Assembly: GCA_030264375.1 (NCBI GenBank)
Contig: JASCQW010000133.1
Coordinates: forward strand, 16,743,584 to 16,807,583
DNA length: 64,000 nt
Direction: 5' to 3'
DNA from: Carcharhinus longimanus
Taxonomy: Eukaryota
This document shows positions 37,106-50,900 of this stretch, piece by piece; positions within the stretch are counted from its first letter, which is position 1; each line of letters opens with the position of its first letter. The notes beneath the pieces were generated by a model that had not been told where the DNA came from, made no database searches, and saw only the letters and a program-made list of their open reading frames with translations. The position numbers and the translations under genes are program-made.

Positions 37106-38852
37106 AATCTGTCCAATTTCAGATACTTCAACCAGCTTCTTAAACAAAGTTTTACCCAGGTGCCTTTATTTATGAGAAGAACAAAATACAGACATAGATA
37201 TAATGCAACAAACTTTATTAAATATAGTTAAATTATTAAGTGTGGGAGCATTACAATGGCTTTCTCACCTGAAATGACACTTCCCACTTTGTTGGGAAAA
37301 TTCCCCTCATAATGTCCAGCTCCAAATGCATGGAGTTCCATTACTTACCACTACATTCACTGCAACCCCATATTAATGTCAAATCCATGCATCCTGCATA
37401 TTGACTCCTTTTTACAGAGATAACAGAAATGAACTATTCCCTATAATGTTTGCAATAGTGGAACTATTGAGCATTGCATAGGCATACTTGTAACAACATC
37501 ACTTAGTTCAATATTTTGGCATACTCTAAAATAAATAAGTTAATGCTGGCTTGAATAATGAGTAGAAAAATATATCCATTAAGAATTTGTCTGTTGACAT
37601 CAAAGTAATGGCTTATTTGATATTTAAATATTCCTGATAAAATCCCAACACTGTGACTACTCTGAACTAACGCATTAGGTTGATAAGTTAAGAGGAGAAA
37701 AATCTAGCTCTGGTCGAGTTTCAATCTGTGTAGAGTGCAAGTTATCCCTTGATGTTTTTATTTACAATTGTGTTCTCCATTTACAAAGGAGTGGAAGAGT
37801 TTCCATTCTAAATACAAAATCAATCATTATTCCTTGTTGCAGTCCTGAAACTTATAAAAGGATGGCAAGACGTCCCTTATAAAATAAAGGGTATCAGTTT
37901 TTATTTATATTCAGAGACTGAAGGCTAATTCATAGCTTATATAAAGCATTTCCAGCCCACCAAATGCCTGAGTTTCAGTTTCTACTGCACGATGTGCTGG
38001 CTGTCAAGAGGAGAGTTCAGTGCATGAGTTTAGGAATGTATATAATTGACATACAATTTATAGATGTAGTGTAGATTTAACTGACCTAATGATCCATCCT
38101 ATTCCAGATCACTATCTCTTTCTGGAGTAGCTTATGGCCATGCCTAATATTGTAAACATATAAAAATGATGATCGCTACTTCTGTGGAAGATTTCCATTG
38201 TCTTTTTGAGCAAATAACACACTGCCTGTGTTTGACACTTATCATTGGGCTGGGGTGGTGTTGGTCTGCATTTCTTCTTGAGTTTTAGGACCAATTCTTC
38301 AGCATTGATAGAACAGGCACCACAGGCCCGTGATATGTTACAATGTATTTATGGTCATCATTGCAAGAATAAACTATGTTGCATCCCTAATGGCTGAATC
38401 ATTAAAATAAGCTGTATGTTTCAAAGGCTGGCCAGAAGCCTGCAAAATTAAAATAAACATCTCATGACTGAAGCAGGTGCAATGTATTTGTATGTGACAT
38501 ATGATCCATCTCGTCTTTTTTCTGAGTTAGATTGACGGTTCTTTTGACAGATGCAGCCTGAATAAGGGAATAAATGTATTTGTAAGTGTAGCTTTATGGG
38601 TGGTGAAACGATCAGAGTCACCATCATTACGTATAAAACTGACAGCAACTGTTGGCATTCACGCATGCATAGTTAAGGATGGAAATCCAGAAGTTGTTGT
38701 CAGTGATACCCTCCTCCACCACTTGTGCCCAGTAGCAATCTTCGCAGATGCAATCAATACAGAATCAGTGAACTGAAATTAACTTTTTTTTTGCACACTA
38801 ATTTTGGTGTACGGATTATTGAAAATGTTAAGTCTTGTTGAATAAGACTGTT

Positions 38853-39163
38853 GGACGGCATGTTGATACAGCGATTAGCACTGTTGCCTCACAACTCCAG
38901 GGACCTGGGTTTGATTCCAAGCTTGGGTCACTGTCTGTGTGGAGTTTGCACGTTCTCCCCATATCTGTGTGTGTTCTCCGGGTGCTCCAGTTTCCTCCCA
39001 CAGTCCAAGATGTGCGGGTTAGGTGCATTGACTGTGCTAAATTGCTAATAGAGGGATTAGCGGGTAAATCTGTGGGGTTATGGGGATAGGGCTGAGGTGG
39101 GACTGTTGTCGGTGCAGACTCGATAGGCGGAATGACCTCCTTCTGCACTATAGGGATTCTATA
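38853..39163 (+). mobile_element. HE1 V-SINE, tail type A
   Basis: Head GATTAGCACTGTTGCCTCACAACTCCAGGGACCTGGGTTTGATTCC and tail CTTCTGCACTATAGGGATTCTAT. Confidence 0.93.
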
Positions 39164-39879
39164 AGGTGCAACAACATTTTTAATTATTGCTGAACCTTTC
39201 TGCCACTGAAAAATTAATTTTACAAACTTGGAGATGTCATTGCCTCAGAATGTTTTAAAATTGCACGTTACAAAAAGAATAAAAGTTCTTTATTTATGAT
39301 ATTCCATTTTCTCCCATAATTTCATGTGTAATCCCAAATTTTTCAAAGTTCACTTTGTGTAATGATCGACGAATGAGTCATAATCCATAACTTTTACTTC
39401 CTTCTTTGCTGTATATGAGAATTNNNNNNNNNNNNNNNNNNNNNNNNNNNNNNNNNNNNNNNNNNNNNNNNNNNNNNNNNNNNNNNNNNNNNNNNNNNNN
39501 NNNNNNNNNNNNNNNNNNNNNNNTCAATCTGATTGGCTGCTCATCTTATTTGACGATGATACTGTTACCATATGGCACAGATCTCCAATAGATGGCTTCA
39601 AGTTCACCTCAGAATAGAGGCAGCTGATCAGTCTATTGAGATTTCAGTAGTTCCTTAGCCGTAAAAATCTGAGCAAAATGATACATTTACTATAAAGCAT
39701 ACGTCAAAAGCTCTTTGTTTTTTGATTAGAAAAAAATAATTTGAAGTAACAATTCTGATTAAGCATGTTTTCACTCTGCTGATATTTTTCTGAATAATTT
39801 TATATTTTACTAAATGCAATTTAGTAAAAATTACTCTTTTTTTAGTCTGAGCTGGTAATAATGCCCCGCATTTTCCATT

Positions 39880-40660
39880 TAGGGTTCGATTTTAATCTGG
39901 CAAAACAAATGCACACCTGCTTTCCTCCAATCTTCTGATGGAGGATCCTGCAGAACTCAGTCAGTGCAGAAGAGAGCAGCACAGATATTCAGAAGCCACT
40001 CTACCTTCTTTTATGGCATTAGCTGCTATATTCTGGTAAATAAAGAGTTTAAATTTCCCAGACTTCTTTGAAAAGCCAATGAGAAAAGTTTTGAGGGAAG
40101 GGGGTGCGGCGGAGGGGGGAGAGCAGAGTGGGTAAAGCAAGTGGATAGGAGGATAGGGTAGGGTGGGTGAGGCAGGTGGTAGGGAGGGGAAAACAGGGTA
40201 AGGGTGGATAAGGCAATGGGTAACAAGGTAGTGCAGGCAAGTGTGGGAAAGGGACATGGACACGTGGGTACCATGGGTGAGGGGATATGTTGGCAGGTAG
40301 TTCGGATGGTGAGGTCCGCATGGCGCCAGGCACTGGGGCTAGAGTCGGGGAATGAGGGGATAGTCAGGTTCAGTCAGGAGGGAGTCAGGGCAGCGGGTAG
40401 GTTGATGAGAGTATGGAAGAATCAAAAGAGAATCGGGGGTGTAATGCGATGGTGGGGTTCGTCAGATTGGGAAGGACAGGAGGATAGGGAGGAGTTAATA
40501 CCAGTGATTAGGGGGCGGGGGGTGGGAGGACTTCAGGTCTGCAGTTAGCCAGGTGTTAGATCAGTTTTTAATCTAACTCGGGGTGAGATTTTTTTTTCAG
40601 GGCGCTGGGGATTGCTCCATCGAAAGTTCAGACGTCCCGGGAATTCCCACGGGAAGACAA
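39880..40660 (-). mobile_element. Probable Harbinger-like non-autonomous element (G-rich on + strand)
   Basis: TIR-like GGTTCGATTTTAA at ~39882 and a strongly G-skewed interior, mirroring the C-rich elements at 3307, 6334 and 14170. Ends are uncertain. Confidence 0.45.
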
Positions 40661-40673
40661 TATATATTTAAAT

Positions 40674-40736
40674 GGTCTGTCAAATTTTCCGACCCGCCAC
40701 GTATCCCGCGGCGGGCGGGACCGGAAAATTTATGCC
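40674..40736. mobile_element. 63-bp hairpin mini-MITE, TSD AAT
   Basis: AAT|GGTCTGTCAAATTTTCCGACCCGCC ... GGCGGGACCGGAAAATTTATGCC|AAT. Confidence 0.6.
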
Positions 40737-42806
40737 AATGATTGGACGTTCCGAAAGGTCCAGTAGTGCATCTTATGAGGTCCGTCTGGTCTCTGAAGAT
40801 CCAGAGATCAGAGTATCTTGGCAATGTTTTCAGTTGATCCGGAGAGACGGGACAACTTGTCCATAATCTCTGAGCCACAGCCTAATGGAAGGGTTCATTG
40901 TTCGCTCTATGGCAATGCTAACTCAAGGTGATACATTAGGTAATTTCAATTGAAGGGAAGTGTGAGATCTCACATGAAAGCTGATTGCTGTGGTGACCGT
41001 AAAATAAAAGTATTGGGAAGTATCTGAATGGTGACAGAAAATTTCAAGCGCCAGTATAATCATAGCAAACCTTTGTGATTCTGCATATGGTAGAGTGGTT
41101 TTAAATTTTGCAGCAAATCATATGGTACTTGAAGAAATCTGGTTGTCCAGTCAAACACCACGCATTTTGCTTCCACCACCTTTGTTGCTTACCCACCCTT
41201 ACTCCAGCCGTGGTTAAATCCCATGGCCTCATTAAAGGATTTGGGGAAAGCCTTATTTTATCCTATAATGCACATTTTTTTATGGAAGAACGATGGATCT
41301 ATGGTGTTAGCGATGATAGTTGACTAATTGTTTGAGATATTTGATTATGACCAGAGTCATGGATGTCGAGGAGTTAAATAAAGCAACAACAACAAGTTAT
41401 ATTTCTGTAGTCCTTTAATAGTAAAATACCCTGATGCGTTTCCGCAAGCATATAAATCAGAATTAATTTGAGGCCCCGGCATTTAGAAATGCAAGCCTAA
41501 ACGTACTATTTATAAATATTTTCCGAAAGCTAACATTTAAGATCCGGGTACCCCTTGTTGGGAATACACTTCTTAAAAAAAAACTGTATTTTCTTCTGCA
41601 TTAATCTTTCTGTCTGTCCACCACTACCTATCTTTCTACCCATCAATTTTTCTCTGTCCTACATTCTTTCTCTCTAACCTCTCGCACGAACTCTCACCCG
41701 GATGTTTTCACATCCCTGATTTGTTTTTGATGTTTCTCCCTCTTTTGTTTGTTCCCCCCTTTTTCCATTAAAAATTGACTTTTTTTTACAAATATAAACA
41801 CGACCCGAATCTGATCCAGCTAAGAGTTGAAATGCTATTTACTTTGATGAAGGTTTTATCTAGTCAACTGTGCACATTTCCACAAGCATTACAATACTTG
41901 AATGTATGTCCTGGTGTTCCCTCTAAGGTGGAGAGTTTACTGTGGACTGAATCATTATAGGAGCTCATATTGCTGTAAAACAGTCCAGTTCCATTAATTT
42001 GACATACATGGAAGATGGAGAGGTGATTCTTTATAATGAGTGACACAAGTCTCCATCTTCCATGTATCTTCCTTTCAAGCCCTATCTGCTCTCTAAAGTA
42101 CCTGAAAATGATACACATTTATTATTTTCCACTTGCCAGCCACAATGATCAAAATAGTTAAATTATTTTCATTGATCGCCGATCACAACCTCTTCCTTTT
42201 TGAGATTTTCTCTCTGTTATCATTGTATCGTTGATGCCACACGCCTGATGTTACGAGGTATTGTCCTGTGAGACAGGATAATACCCGGGCCAATAGTAAT
42301 CACTAACATAAGTTTTGGGGAGCTAGGGCTAGCGGGCAATGGATTGTTTCTTGAGAAAACCAATGGAATGGCTTGCTGGCGCTTTAAATAAGCATTTAAC
42401 ACATTGTTGAAAAGTGAAGATTTGTTGAAAACCTGCCCAAGGAAAAGAGTGAAACAGTTCGGACTCACAACGTCAGTATTAATCTCATATTCCATTGACC
42501 AATGTGCTCACTTGTAAACCTTATTAAAAGAAAAACTAAATGAATATACATCTCCCGCCGTGACAGTATGATTAATACTTTCACAGCTTTGTAGTAAGTA
42601 ATAAAGCACAAACAAATTGTCATCAGAGATCGTTAATTCTGTTTTAACTACACAATTGAATTTCCTTGGTGTGGGGGAATCACTTTATCTGGGTCTCGCA
42701 GTGAGATATTTATCATATACCATACGTCTATATTTGCAACCTACGCAGTCGGCTTTGAGCTGAAGGAAACATAATTTGGGGGAAAGTATGTTGTATTCCT
42801 CTTATG

Positions 42807-43080
42807 GCTGCCTTACAGCGCCAGGGACGCGGGTTCGATTCCCGCCTTAGATCACTGTCTGTATGGAGTCTGCATATTCTCCCCGTGTCTGCGTGAGCTT
42901 CCTACGGGTGCTCCAGTCTCCTCCCACAGTCAAAAAATGTGCGGGTTAGGTTGATTGGCCATGCTAAATTGCCCCTGAGTGTCAGACGGACGGGGGGTAG
43001 GGGGAAGGAGGAGGTTGGGGATTGTGGTCCGTGCAGACTCGATGGGCCAAAAGGCTTTTTTTTCTGCACTGTAGGGATTC
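42807..43080 (+). mobile_element. HE1 V-SINE, tail type A, 5'-truncated
   Basis: CAGCGCCAGGGACGCGGGTTCGATTCCCGCC, V-domain, TCTGCACTGTAGGGATTC tail. Confidence 0.92.
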
Positions 43081-44619
43081 ACTGTTGGCAATTACTTCCC
43101 TAACAGTCGGCGAATGAAAGTTGGTCTGTTATGTTGAGGCAAGTGTGGGGTAGGGGCAAATGGTGATGGCCACCTCTTGCCAATGGTAGAAGTGAGAGAG
43201 CACAGATTATTTGCAGTCAGATCATGCAGATTGCAATAGTAATATCATTGGTTAAGAAACGCTGCCATGATGCCCATGTTTCAACAACTGGAATGTATTT
43301 AATCAGTTTGTAAACTGGCGTGTGATCGCATACGACATTAATTCATGACTAGTTTGTGGCAACTGGTAGTAAACTGAAAGATTATTATCGTGTATTATCA
43401 TACACTTAAATTGTACATTAAATTAGATTATATATAAAGTGATATAGTAAATTAAATTATCCTACAGTAAATTGCAGCAAAACAAACCTGTATTCGGAAT
43501 TCAGTCAAAAAAAGTGAAAGATTTCTGTATATGTGTGTGTACATAATCATTAATATGAAAGCCGGCATATACCGAACATAAGGTGTACCATACAGTTAAG
43601 CACTTAAAAGCCATGGTGCCAAGCTGACTGTACAGCCTGGGGAAGTCTCAGGATGTGAATATTCTTGATCACTTTCCAGATTCAATCTACAGTTCCCCGA
43701 GGCAATGGTGTCGTGACTAACTGAGCCAGCCATGAAAACTCTGATTCAGATGTCAAATTATAAGAAACAAATGGTTAGTTTAAAGTTCAGAGAAGTGAGC
43801 TGTGTTAAGCAACGCCATAATAAGCAGGATCTCGCAAAGAGGTGGAACAGGTTATGAGTTAAAATAAACCGAGGCTTGAAGTGACACGTTCCTACAGACA
43901 TGGCGATACAGGTTCGGTCAACGTGATGTTGGTTTTGGGGAGATGTTACATCGGAAACACAAGGGTGGGGAAGGCTTCAGCCTGACAGTGCCTGATCGCT
44001 ACATATTAGATATTCGACGAGGGGATAAAAGCCTGGACGTAATCGGAAGCTAAGCTGGCCGTCGGTATTAAATTCACAAATTCGCAGCAGTGAGCAAAGA
44101 TCGGGCAAGAATTGTGTGTCACTGTAGTTTGCGGTGTTTATCCATTTACAGTGCTGACACCTGACGTTGCGTAACAGGCTTTGAGAGGTTATTGACNNNN
44201 NNNNNNATAACACGAAGTAGACTGGATACTAGAATATAAAAGTTGTTTGGGGAAATTGTTCTCCCTATTTGCCTTTCAAGCACCGTAAAATAAAAAGTCA
44301 ATACAATTAAAATAACGATACTAAAGATTGTTCAGAGTATTGCTAAACGATTAAGTACAGATATGTTTTGCAAATACAGCGCGCAATCATGCCAGTAATC
44401 TTTAACAAAGGCGCACTTGGTATAATATTTACATTTGGCCCACAGTTTATTGCAACAAGGCTGGAATTCCGGCTAAGGGATGTATGTCTATGTTTTTCTG
44501 TACATATAGTTATCGTTCTTTTGGAAAAGGCAACAGCAATAGGAACGTGCATTTCTAGGGAAAAAAATCCGTAGAAAAGGCACTCTACAAAAAGAAAAGG
44601 GAAGGCAGAGCCAATGAAG

Positions 44620-44880
44620 GTGGGAGACATGCTCGATAGCATAGCTTAAAGGGGGAGGAGTTCAAGGAACGTCTAACAGGGAAAGAGAGAAAGGAATAGT
44701 GAGATTTAGAGACAGAGAGCCACAGCATGAGATCCGGGTGGCTGAAAGTAAAGACGAAAATGGTCCAGGGGAATGTAAAACAGGAGATTTGGGGCAGTTG
44801 CTTGTAGGGCTGGAGGAATATATAGAAATAGGGAATAGCCAAACCGTGAATGGTGTTACAAAGAATAATTGAGACACTAT
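44620..44880 (-). mobile_element. Old L2 LINE ORF2 C-terminal relic
   Basis: Minus strand reads IHGLAIPYFYIFLQPYK (cf. L2 LHGLAPPYLCNLLQPYN). Confidence 0.65.
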
Positions 44881-45085
44881 AAGCTATATTAATTAAATAG
44901 TCAGCGATGCTTAAAGCCATCTCTGCCTTCTCTCAGTTTAACAAAGCTCCAATTCTCATTGTGCTTGTTCGATTATAATTAACATTCAATTCGAAGAACT
45001 ATTTTCCATGTCTTAACAAGGGATTAATCGTTTTAACATTATGTTACAATCCCAGAGAAACATAAATACAATATTATTTTAAGGC

Positions 45086-45125
45086 ACCCCCCCCCCTCCA
45101 CACACACACACACACACACACACAC
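45086..45125 (+). repeat. poly-C plus (CA)n microsatellite
   Basis: Seen directly. Confidence 0.95.
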
Positions 45126-46776
45126 GGTAACTGTCAATGACTGCGTGTCGATTAAAGAAAGGAGTTTTTAATGACTATCTTGTGTAATGAATACCTGAGT
45201 TCGGACACGTTACCTTCGATGCGACCTTGCGCCCACCTCTAGCCCCGAACAAAAGTGGATTTTCAGTTTGAATGACCTTATTGAGAGTTTACTGATGGCA
45301 GTTAAATGAGGTCCAAACAGGTCTGCATTTTTTAACTGTCAGAGCCGGGTACAGATATGCTTGCGATCAAAGGCTGCATTCCGGCGTGTAAATTTATAGT
45401 AGTCTGGTGAAACAATACCTAACATTATCCCCGAGGAAATGCCTGCCCAGGAAGGAACCCAAACGCCAGGAAACTATTTCTGGATTGAAGAATATTCCTT
45501 GACCGATTTAATAAAATAAAATTATCGAAGTGCCATTTCTTACAAAGATTAGTATCAAACTAGACCAAAACGAATCGATTTGTCCAACCAATTGGAAGCG
45601 CCGCCTTTCTATTCAGTAATCAGTAACCGGGGAAATGAAAGTTGTGGCAGATTAATTTAAAGACAGCATAGTTTGCTGATGAAGTTATACTGAAGACTGC
45701 CGTTTACCTCCACAACCTGTCATATACCCTCAACCAACCATCCAACTGACTAACTCATGCCAATTACATAATGGGAGAAATGAATATTTGCACAAGCACG
45801 GATTTTGAATTGGCAGCATTTATTATTGCAGTAAAATCTAATGCTACCATGAGGTGGCAAGTTCGACAGCTTTGTCAACAGCCCAGACACCAATGTCGGC
45901 TGAAAGTCCCCCATAGGTTTCCTCATCGGCTCCAGTCACCAACAATTATTCAGATGTAATAAAAAGCGAAGAGCGAATAACTGCGCTCCATTTCAGCACC
46001 AAGGTTGAAATAATTAGTGGCTTCTCGGAGTAAATCAGCCGCTTTGATGTCCCAGGTAAGGGCGAGCAAACCCCTTGCATCACTCTGGAATCTATCAAAG
46101 TACAAACAACTTTCAGGAACAAATGAAAGCCGTACAGTATCAAATCACATAAATGACTTTCGCGAGTCAATAACTGGATTTACAGGTTAGAAAGGCACCA
46201 TTAGGTAATAGCTTTAGAAGAATAATGTCTGCACAATCCAATAATGAAGCGTTCACTTTTTAAGTGCATCTCACAAGTTAATTCGGAATGTGTCATGACG
46301 GGTTGCGTCCAGGACAGTTAGCCCTTCTCGCTTTTTCAGACAGCGGCGGACTTGTATAAAATATAACGCATGGGATTCGCATGTGTTTCTATCTGTTGGC
46401 ACTCACTTGCTTAGATTTACATATTTGTGTGCTTACCCTGTACGCTATTTTTGTCCAATGTGTTAGGTCGCTTGTAAGGGATGCGCTACATGTTCCGGGT
46501 GGTGCTGTTTTAAAATAAGCACAACATCTTCCTTATTGTGCACTAAATCCGCCACACCTTTTTCTTTTCCAACCCTGCAATTGTTGCACAGTGTGAACAT
46601 CGTGTTCTCACGGTGACAATTCTAATAGGTTGGCACGGATACAACTTTTAAATTCGAATACATCAACGTGATTTCGAAACCGTATTGTTAATACTTTGTT
46701 CTTTAATACGATTTTGCTGCCTTTCCCTGTCAGAAAATGACTTTAAATCTTATTTTGGAAATGTTTTGCTTGCGGG

Positions 46777-46823
46777 CACACACAGATAACACACACACAC
46801 ACATATATAGAGAGAGAGGGAGA
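46777..46823 (+). repeat. Compound (CA)n(TA)n(GA)n microsatellite
   Basis: Seen directly. Confidence 0.9.
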
Positions 46824-47279
46824 GCGGCTAAGTGACTTCATTAAAAGTTGCGTAACTTCAAAGCTGATAGTTTTTTTTGTTGTGTTTTGTATGTAACTTG
46901 GTGCCATCCATTCTCATCACATTGGTACCATTGACTGGATTAGCCCAGACGATCTCGACATGCCCATACTCTCAGAGACTTGACCGCCAAAGCCAAGTGC
47001 ATGTGATGCATGTGTACCAGAGGGGAGGACAGTTGTCCTGCTCCTAACTTGAAAACAAATGCTTCATCTTATCCTCTCTCTCTGACATGCCCGTTATTGG
47101 CAGGCGCATCAACCATAGGCGGAAAAATGGCCAAAATTCACCGTACTTGGGAAACCACGCGAATTCTTAAAACACAAGATAAAACATGCTGACGTGTTTA
47201 AAAATTTCAATCCGGTTTGGGGAGGGGGAAGGCGTGTCGAAAGAAAAACAGCTTCTGAAGTCAGTACTGCGGAACTGCT

Positions 47280-47410
47280 TGGTTCTGACAATGAGAACTG
47301 AAATATCTAGTTTCTCTCCCTCCAGATGCTGCCAGACCTGCTGAGTTTTTTTTTACAGTTTTCTCTGCTTTTGTTTCAGATTGCAGCATCCGCAGCATTT
47401 TGCTTTTATG
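47280..47410. mobile_element. Penelope-type repeat, single arm
   Basis: CAGATGCTGCCAGACCTGCTGAG..TTTCAGATTGCAGCATCCGCAGCATTTTGCTTTTA is the reverse complement of the 4546 start. Confidence 0.65.
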
Positions 47411-47680
47411 TTATAGTGTAGTTGGGTGTTTTCTCCTCCAGCTTTTGTTTATTTGATTATTTATTTCCAAATGTGTAAATCGGTGATATTTCTCTTCTCG
47501 CCCTCATCTTCCCTGCTGTGAGTTTGCCCTATTATTAAAACACTGGCATAGCAAAATAACCATGGTCTCGACTCTTGACAGAAAGAAGGAGGCTATCAGG
47601 GAGTCCGAATTGAATATTTTAGAAGCGCGGTGGCTATTGCTGTGTTGGAAACGTTGTAGAATTATTGTGACCGCCAAATG

Positions 47681-47699
47681 TGACCACTAGGTGTTGCTA
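47681..47699 (+). promoter_or_regulatory. CTCF-like motif
   Basis: TGACCACTAGGTGTTGCTA matches CCASYAGRKGGCRS at 12 of 14 positions. Confidence 0.3.
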
Positions 47700-47702
47700 C
47701 TA

Positions 47703-47999
47703 GACATAGAAACCCGGAAGGAGACCATTCGGCCCACCTAGTCAGCACCGACAACAATCCCATCCAGGCCCTATTCCTGTAACCCACAGTCCCCCCGCCC
47801 CGCCCCTCTCTAATCTACACATGCAGGGACACTAAGGGGCAATTTAGCATGGCCAATCAACCTGTGGGAAAAACCTGGAGGGAACCCCACGCAGACACGG
47901 GGAGAACATGCAAACTCCACACAAACAGTGACCCAAACTGGGAATCGAACCCAGCTCCCTGAAGCTGTGAGGCAGCAATGCTAACCACTGTGCCACCCC
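47703..47999 (-). mobile_element. HE1 V-SINE, tail type A
   Basis: CCATTCGGCCCA..GCACCGACAACAATCCCATCCAGGCCC tail and GCAATGCTAACCACTGTGCCACC head. Confidence 0.92.
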
Positions 48000-50900
48000 T
48001 GACTGTCTATGTTGTAGAGATGCAGACTGCCCTAAGCCATAGGCACACTCCCCAATAACCTTTACCAAATTATGGAATCTATAATTGAAAAAGGGTTATA
48101 CAGACTGACAGGAAATAATAGGATATACAATGCACAGACAAAAATAAAGACAACGGCGGGGACATTCTACTTAAACAATCGATGCCTTTTCTTTTGCCTT
48201 TATCTGACCAGTAAGTTTGGAATTGAAAATCAAGAGATGCGAGTGGAGCCCTTTGCCTTGTAAACAGTATAGCATGAATGAAAAATGCAAAACAACTTCT
48301 TCAAGGGGAAGAACCGATTACCGTTTATATCCTTCAATCAAGCACTTTGGTATACCACATAACAATGCCAACACAGAGACACAATAGTCCATTTCTTAAA
48401 TTGATCTTGTAATCTTCATGGCTTTGGTAGTTTTAACCTGTTTTATATTTAAGGTATGACACAATCTTTCAAACTGTGTTTTTGGATTTATAGATGCATT
48501 AATGGGTCGTATAAAGATAATGTGAGACTGGTTGCGTAAAAAAAGAACTTCAGACCGCCTAATTAATCAATCATCTATGATGAAGGACATTAAGAAGTAT
48601 AGGGCCGTCCCTGAGATATGAAGCAGTGTAGGGTTTGATCAGAAATAATGATGGATACACTTTACAAGTAAATCTATTCGGCATAATTTGGAACGTAGAA
48701 TTCAGATGCAGAAACTTTAATTTCGTTTTACGCTAACGGAACCCACTCGAATGTTTTGTTTTTATAAAATACCAGTATAAGCACGTGACCATCTAGTTAA
48801 AAGATTCAGTTATTGCCTATTGGCTATTTCATAACGGGACTGATTATAAAGAGGAACATAGCCAAATGTTCACCCTCTTCGTTATCTTTACTTGTCCATT
48901 TAGCAGAGTGTTTATATGTCCTCCTGCCAATTTTAAAATGTAGGTACACGATTAAATACTTCCTATTCGTAATTCGCTCGTAATACACCATGCAGAATTT
49001 GATATAGTACTTCTCCGTGCTATATCAATCCAGTCACATAATGCCATTATTTTGTGCAGTGACAGAGAACATCGCACATGGCCAGTTCAGCTCATGCCAG
49101 TCACCTGTCACAGGATCAGTCTTGTATAATAACTCTTCAGTTATAGTTATGGTGCAGTTGGGTGAGCAGTCTCCTGTTCAAATATTAAAATTTGGTTGGA
49201 TTTACAAAACGTTTGTGGGGGGAAAAAAGATTTGAGATCCACGCAATTCAAAACAAAATGAAGTTCAAATATTTATGTCTCATTTGCACATAGAATATAC
49301 AATATTTTGGTATGCGCCGAAATTATACGGTGTTTTGAGTAAATGCGTGTTGAATCTGATTGTAGGTTGAAGGTGCATTAGTTTAAGGTGTTCAATCGCA
49401 CTCTAGTCGAACGACATCAGAAGCATTTCTAGGTTGTCGGTTTAGCCAATAATATAGAGAAAAAGGTGAGCACGTCTAGAAGCAGATTAGATGATAAACT
49501 TGCTTGTCGTAGCCTCCAAATGAATAATGCTCAAACTATTTCCAAGCCTTTATATTGTCATTGTGGTCTTCGCTAGATCGGAAGTTTTAGATGTGCGCTA
49601 TTCATTTTAGCGCATTTTCTTTAGATTGCATCGGAACAGCAAACCACCCTAGCCTACCGGGTATGTCAACTTTCACCTTCAGCGATGGAACACGAGTATA
49701 AGTAGCAAGTCATTTCAGCTTGATTTGCGCGTCTCTCTGAGAGACAAGCAATGAATCTCGTTGCAACAAAACGTGTTTGCTTTCTGATATCAAACTCGAA
49801 TGAAAAAAAACCCGTTCTCCGGGCGAGTGAATGAAGCTCTTCCAATCTTGTACAAATGAATAAAATTCTAACCCTCTTAACCCCAGCAGTCCATCACCAA
49901 ACGCATCCTTTGAAAAAAAAATCATCTTCTAGCAAGTGCGTAACTCGGGGGTGGAGTGGGCTGGGGGGTGAACTTTTGACCCCCCCATACCTGAAATATT
50001 TCACGTTTCACCTTCAGTAATCTGTTGTTGCTTGTTGGGGGGAGGGAGTGGTGGTGGTGGTAGTGGTGGGGGGGAGGGTACTGGGGGGAGAGGAGGGGGG
50101 TAAGCATTGAGACAGCTTTACTCCAGGTCACAGATACATATCNNNNNNNNNNNNNNNNNNNNNNNNNNNNNNNNNNNNNGTAGAGCGCATCTGTTGAGGT
50201 AATTTCCTCAGCGTGTCGTCCCAGAGGGAACTTTATTTCCAGGGAAAGTTCCCTCTAGTCGGTATTTCTTTAAACGAAGTAGCAATACGATTTATAATCA
50301 ACTATTAAAATAATAACAGATTTACGCCAGAGAATCAAAGATATGGCGACACCAGATGCAAGATTTCCGCGTCAAATTCTAAAACGAACAGCAAGACATC
50401 TTTACTCAGAAAGAGCTGGCAAGGTAACTGCCGTGCTTAGATATCCTTAAACTTGTATGTTCAGGTGGGACAACAATCCTGGCATCACCACAATGAAAAT
50501 AAAATGCGCAGATTTTTGGTTCAATTGTACAGCAAACTCTTTGGACGTGTTATTGTATTTCAAGGACGGTTCGCGCGCAGGTTTCTAATTATTGAAACCT
50601 GAAATTTCTTGGTTTTCAAAATCCAGTCGCTTTGTGGAAGTTTGCAAGCGTGCAAAGGTCCAAATAGTAACCGCCATTCAAGGACACCTTCGCCCCCCGT
50701 GCCTGGTTAGTGTCACAGAGAGACAGAGAGGTGCCGACAGGGTTAACAGCCAATATACTAGAGCCGTGACTTGACACAGATTCATTTTTTGCCATTCATG
50801 GCCAGGCTCTCTTTCACCCTTCTACCCCCACCCTCCCCACACTCACCCCTCCCGTCAGTAGTGATAACCTGAAATCCGCCCGGTGGCTCAGTTTGCGGGG

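Noticed and set aside
45991-46010. REST/NRSE-like TTCAGCACC
   Set aside because: Only the left half-site is present; GGACAG is absent.
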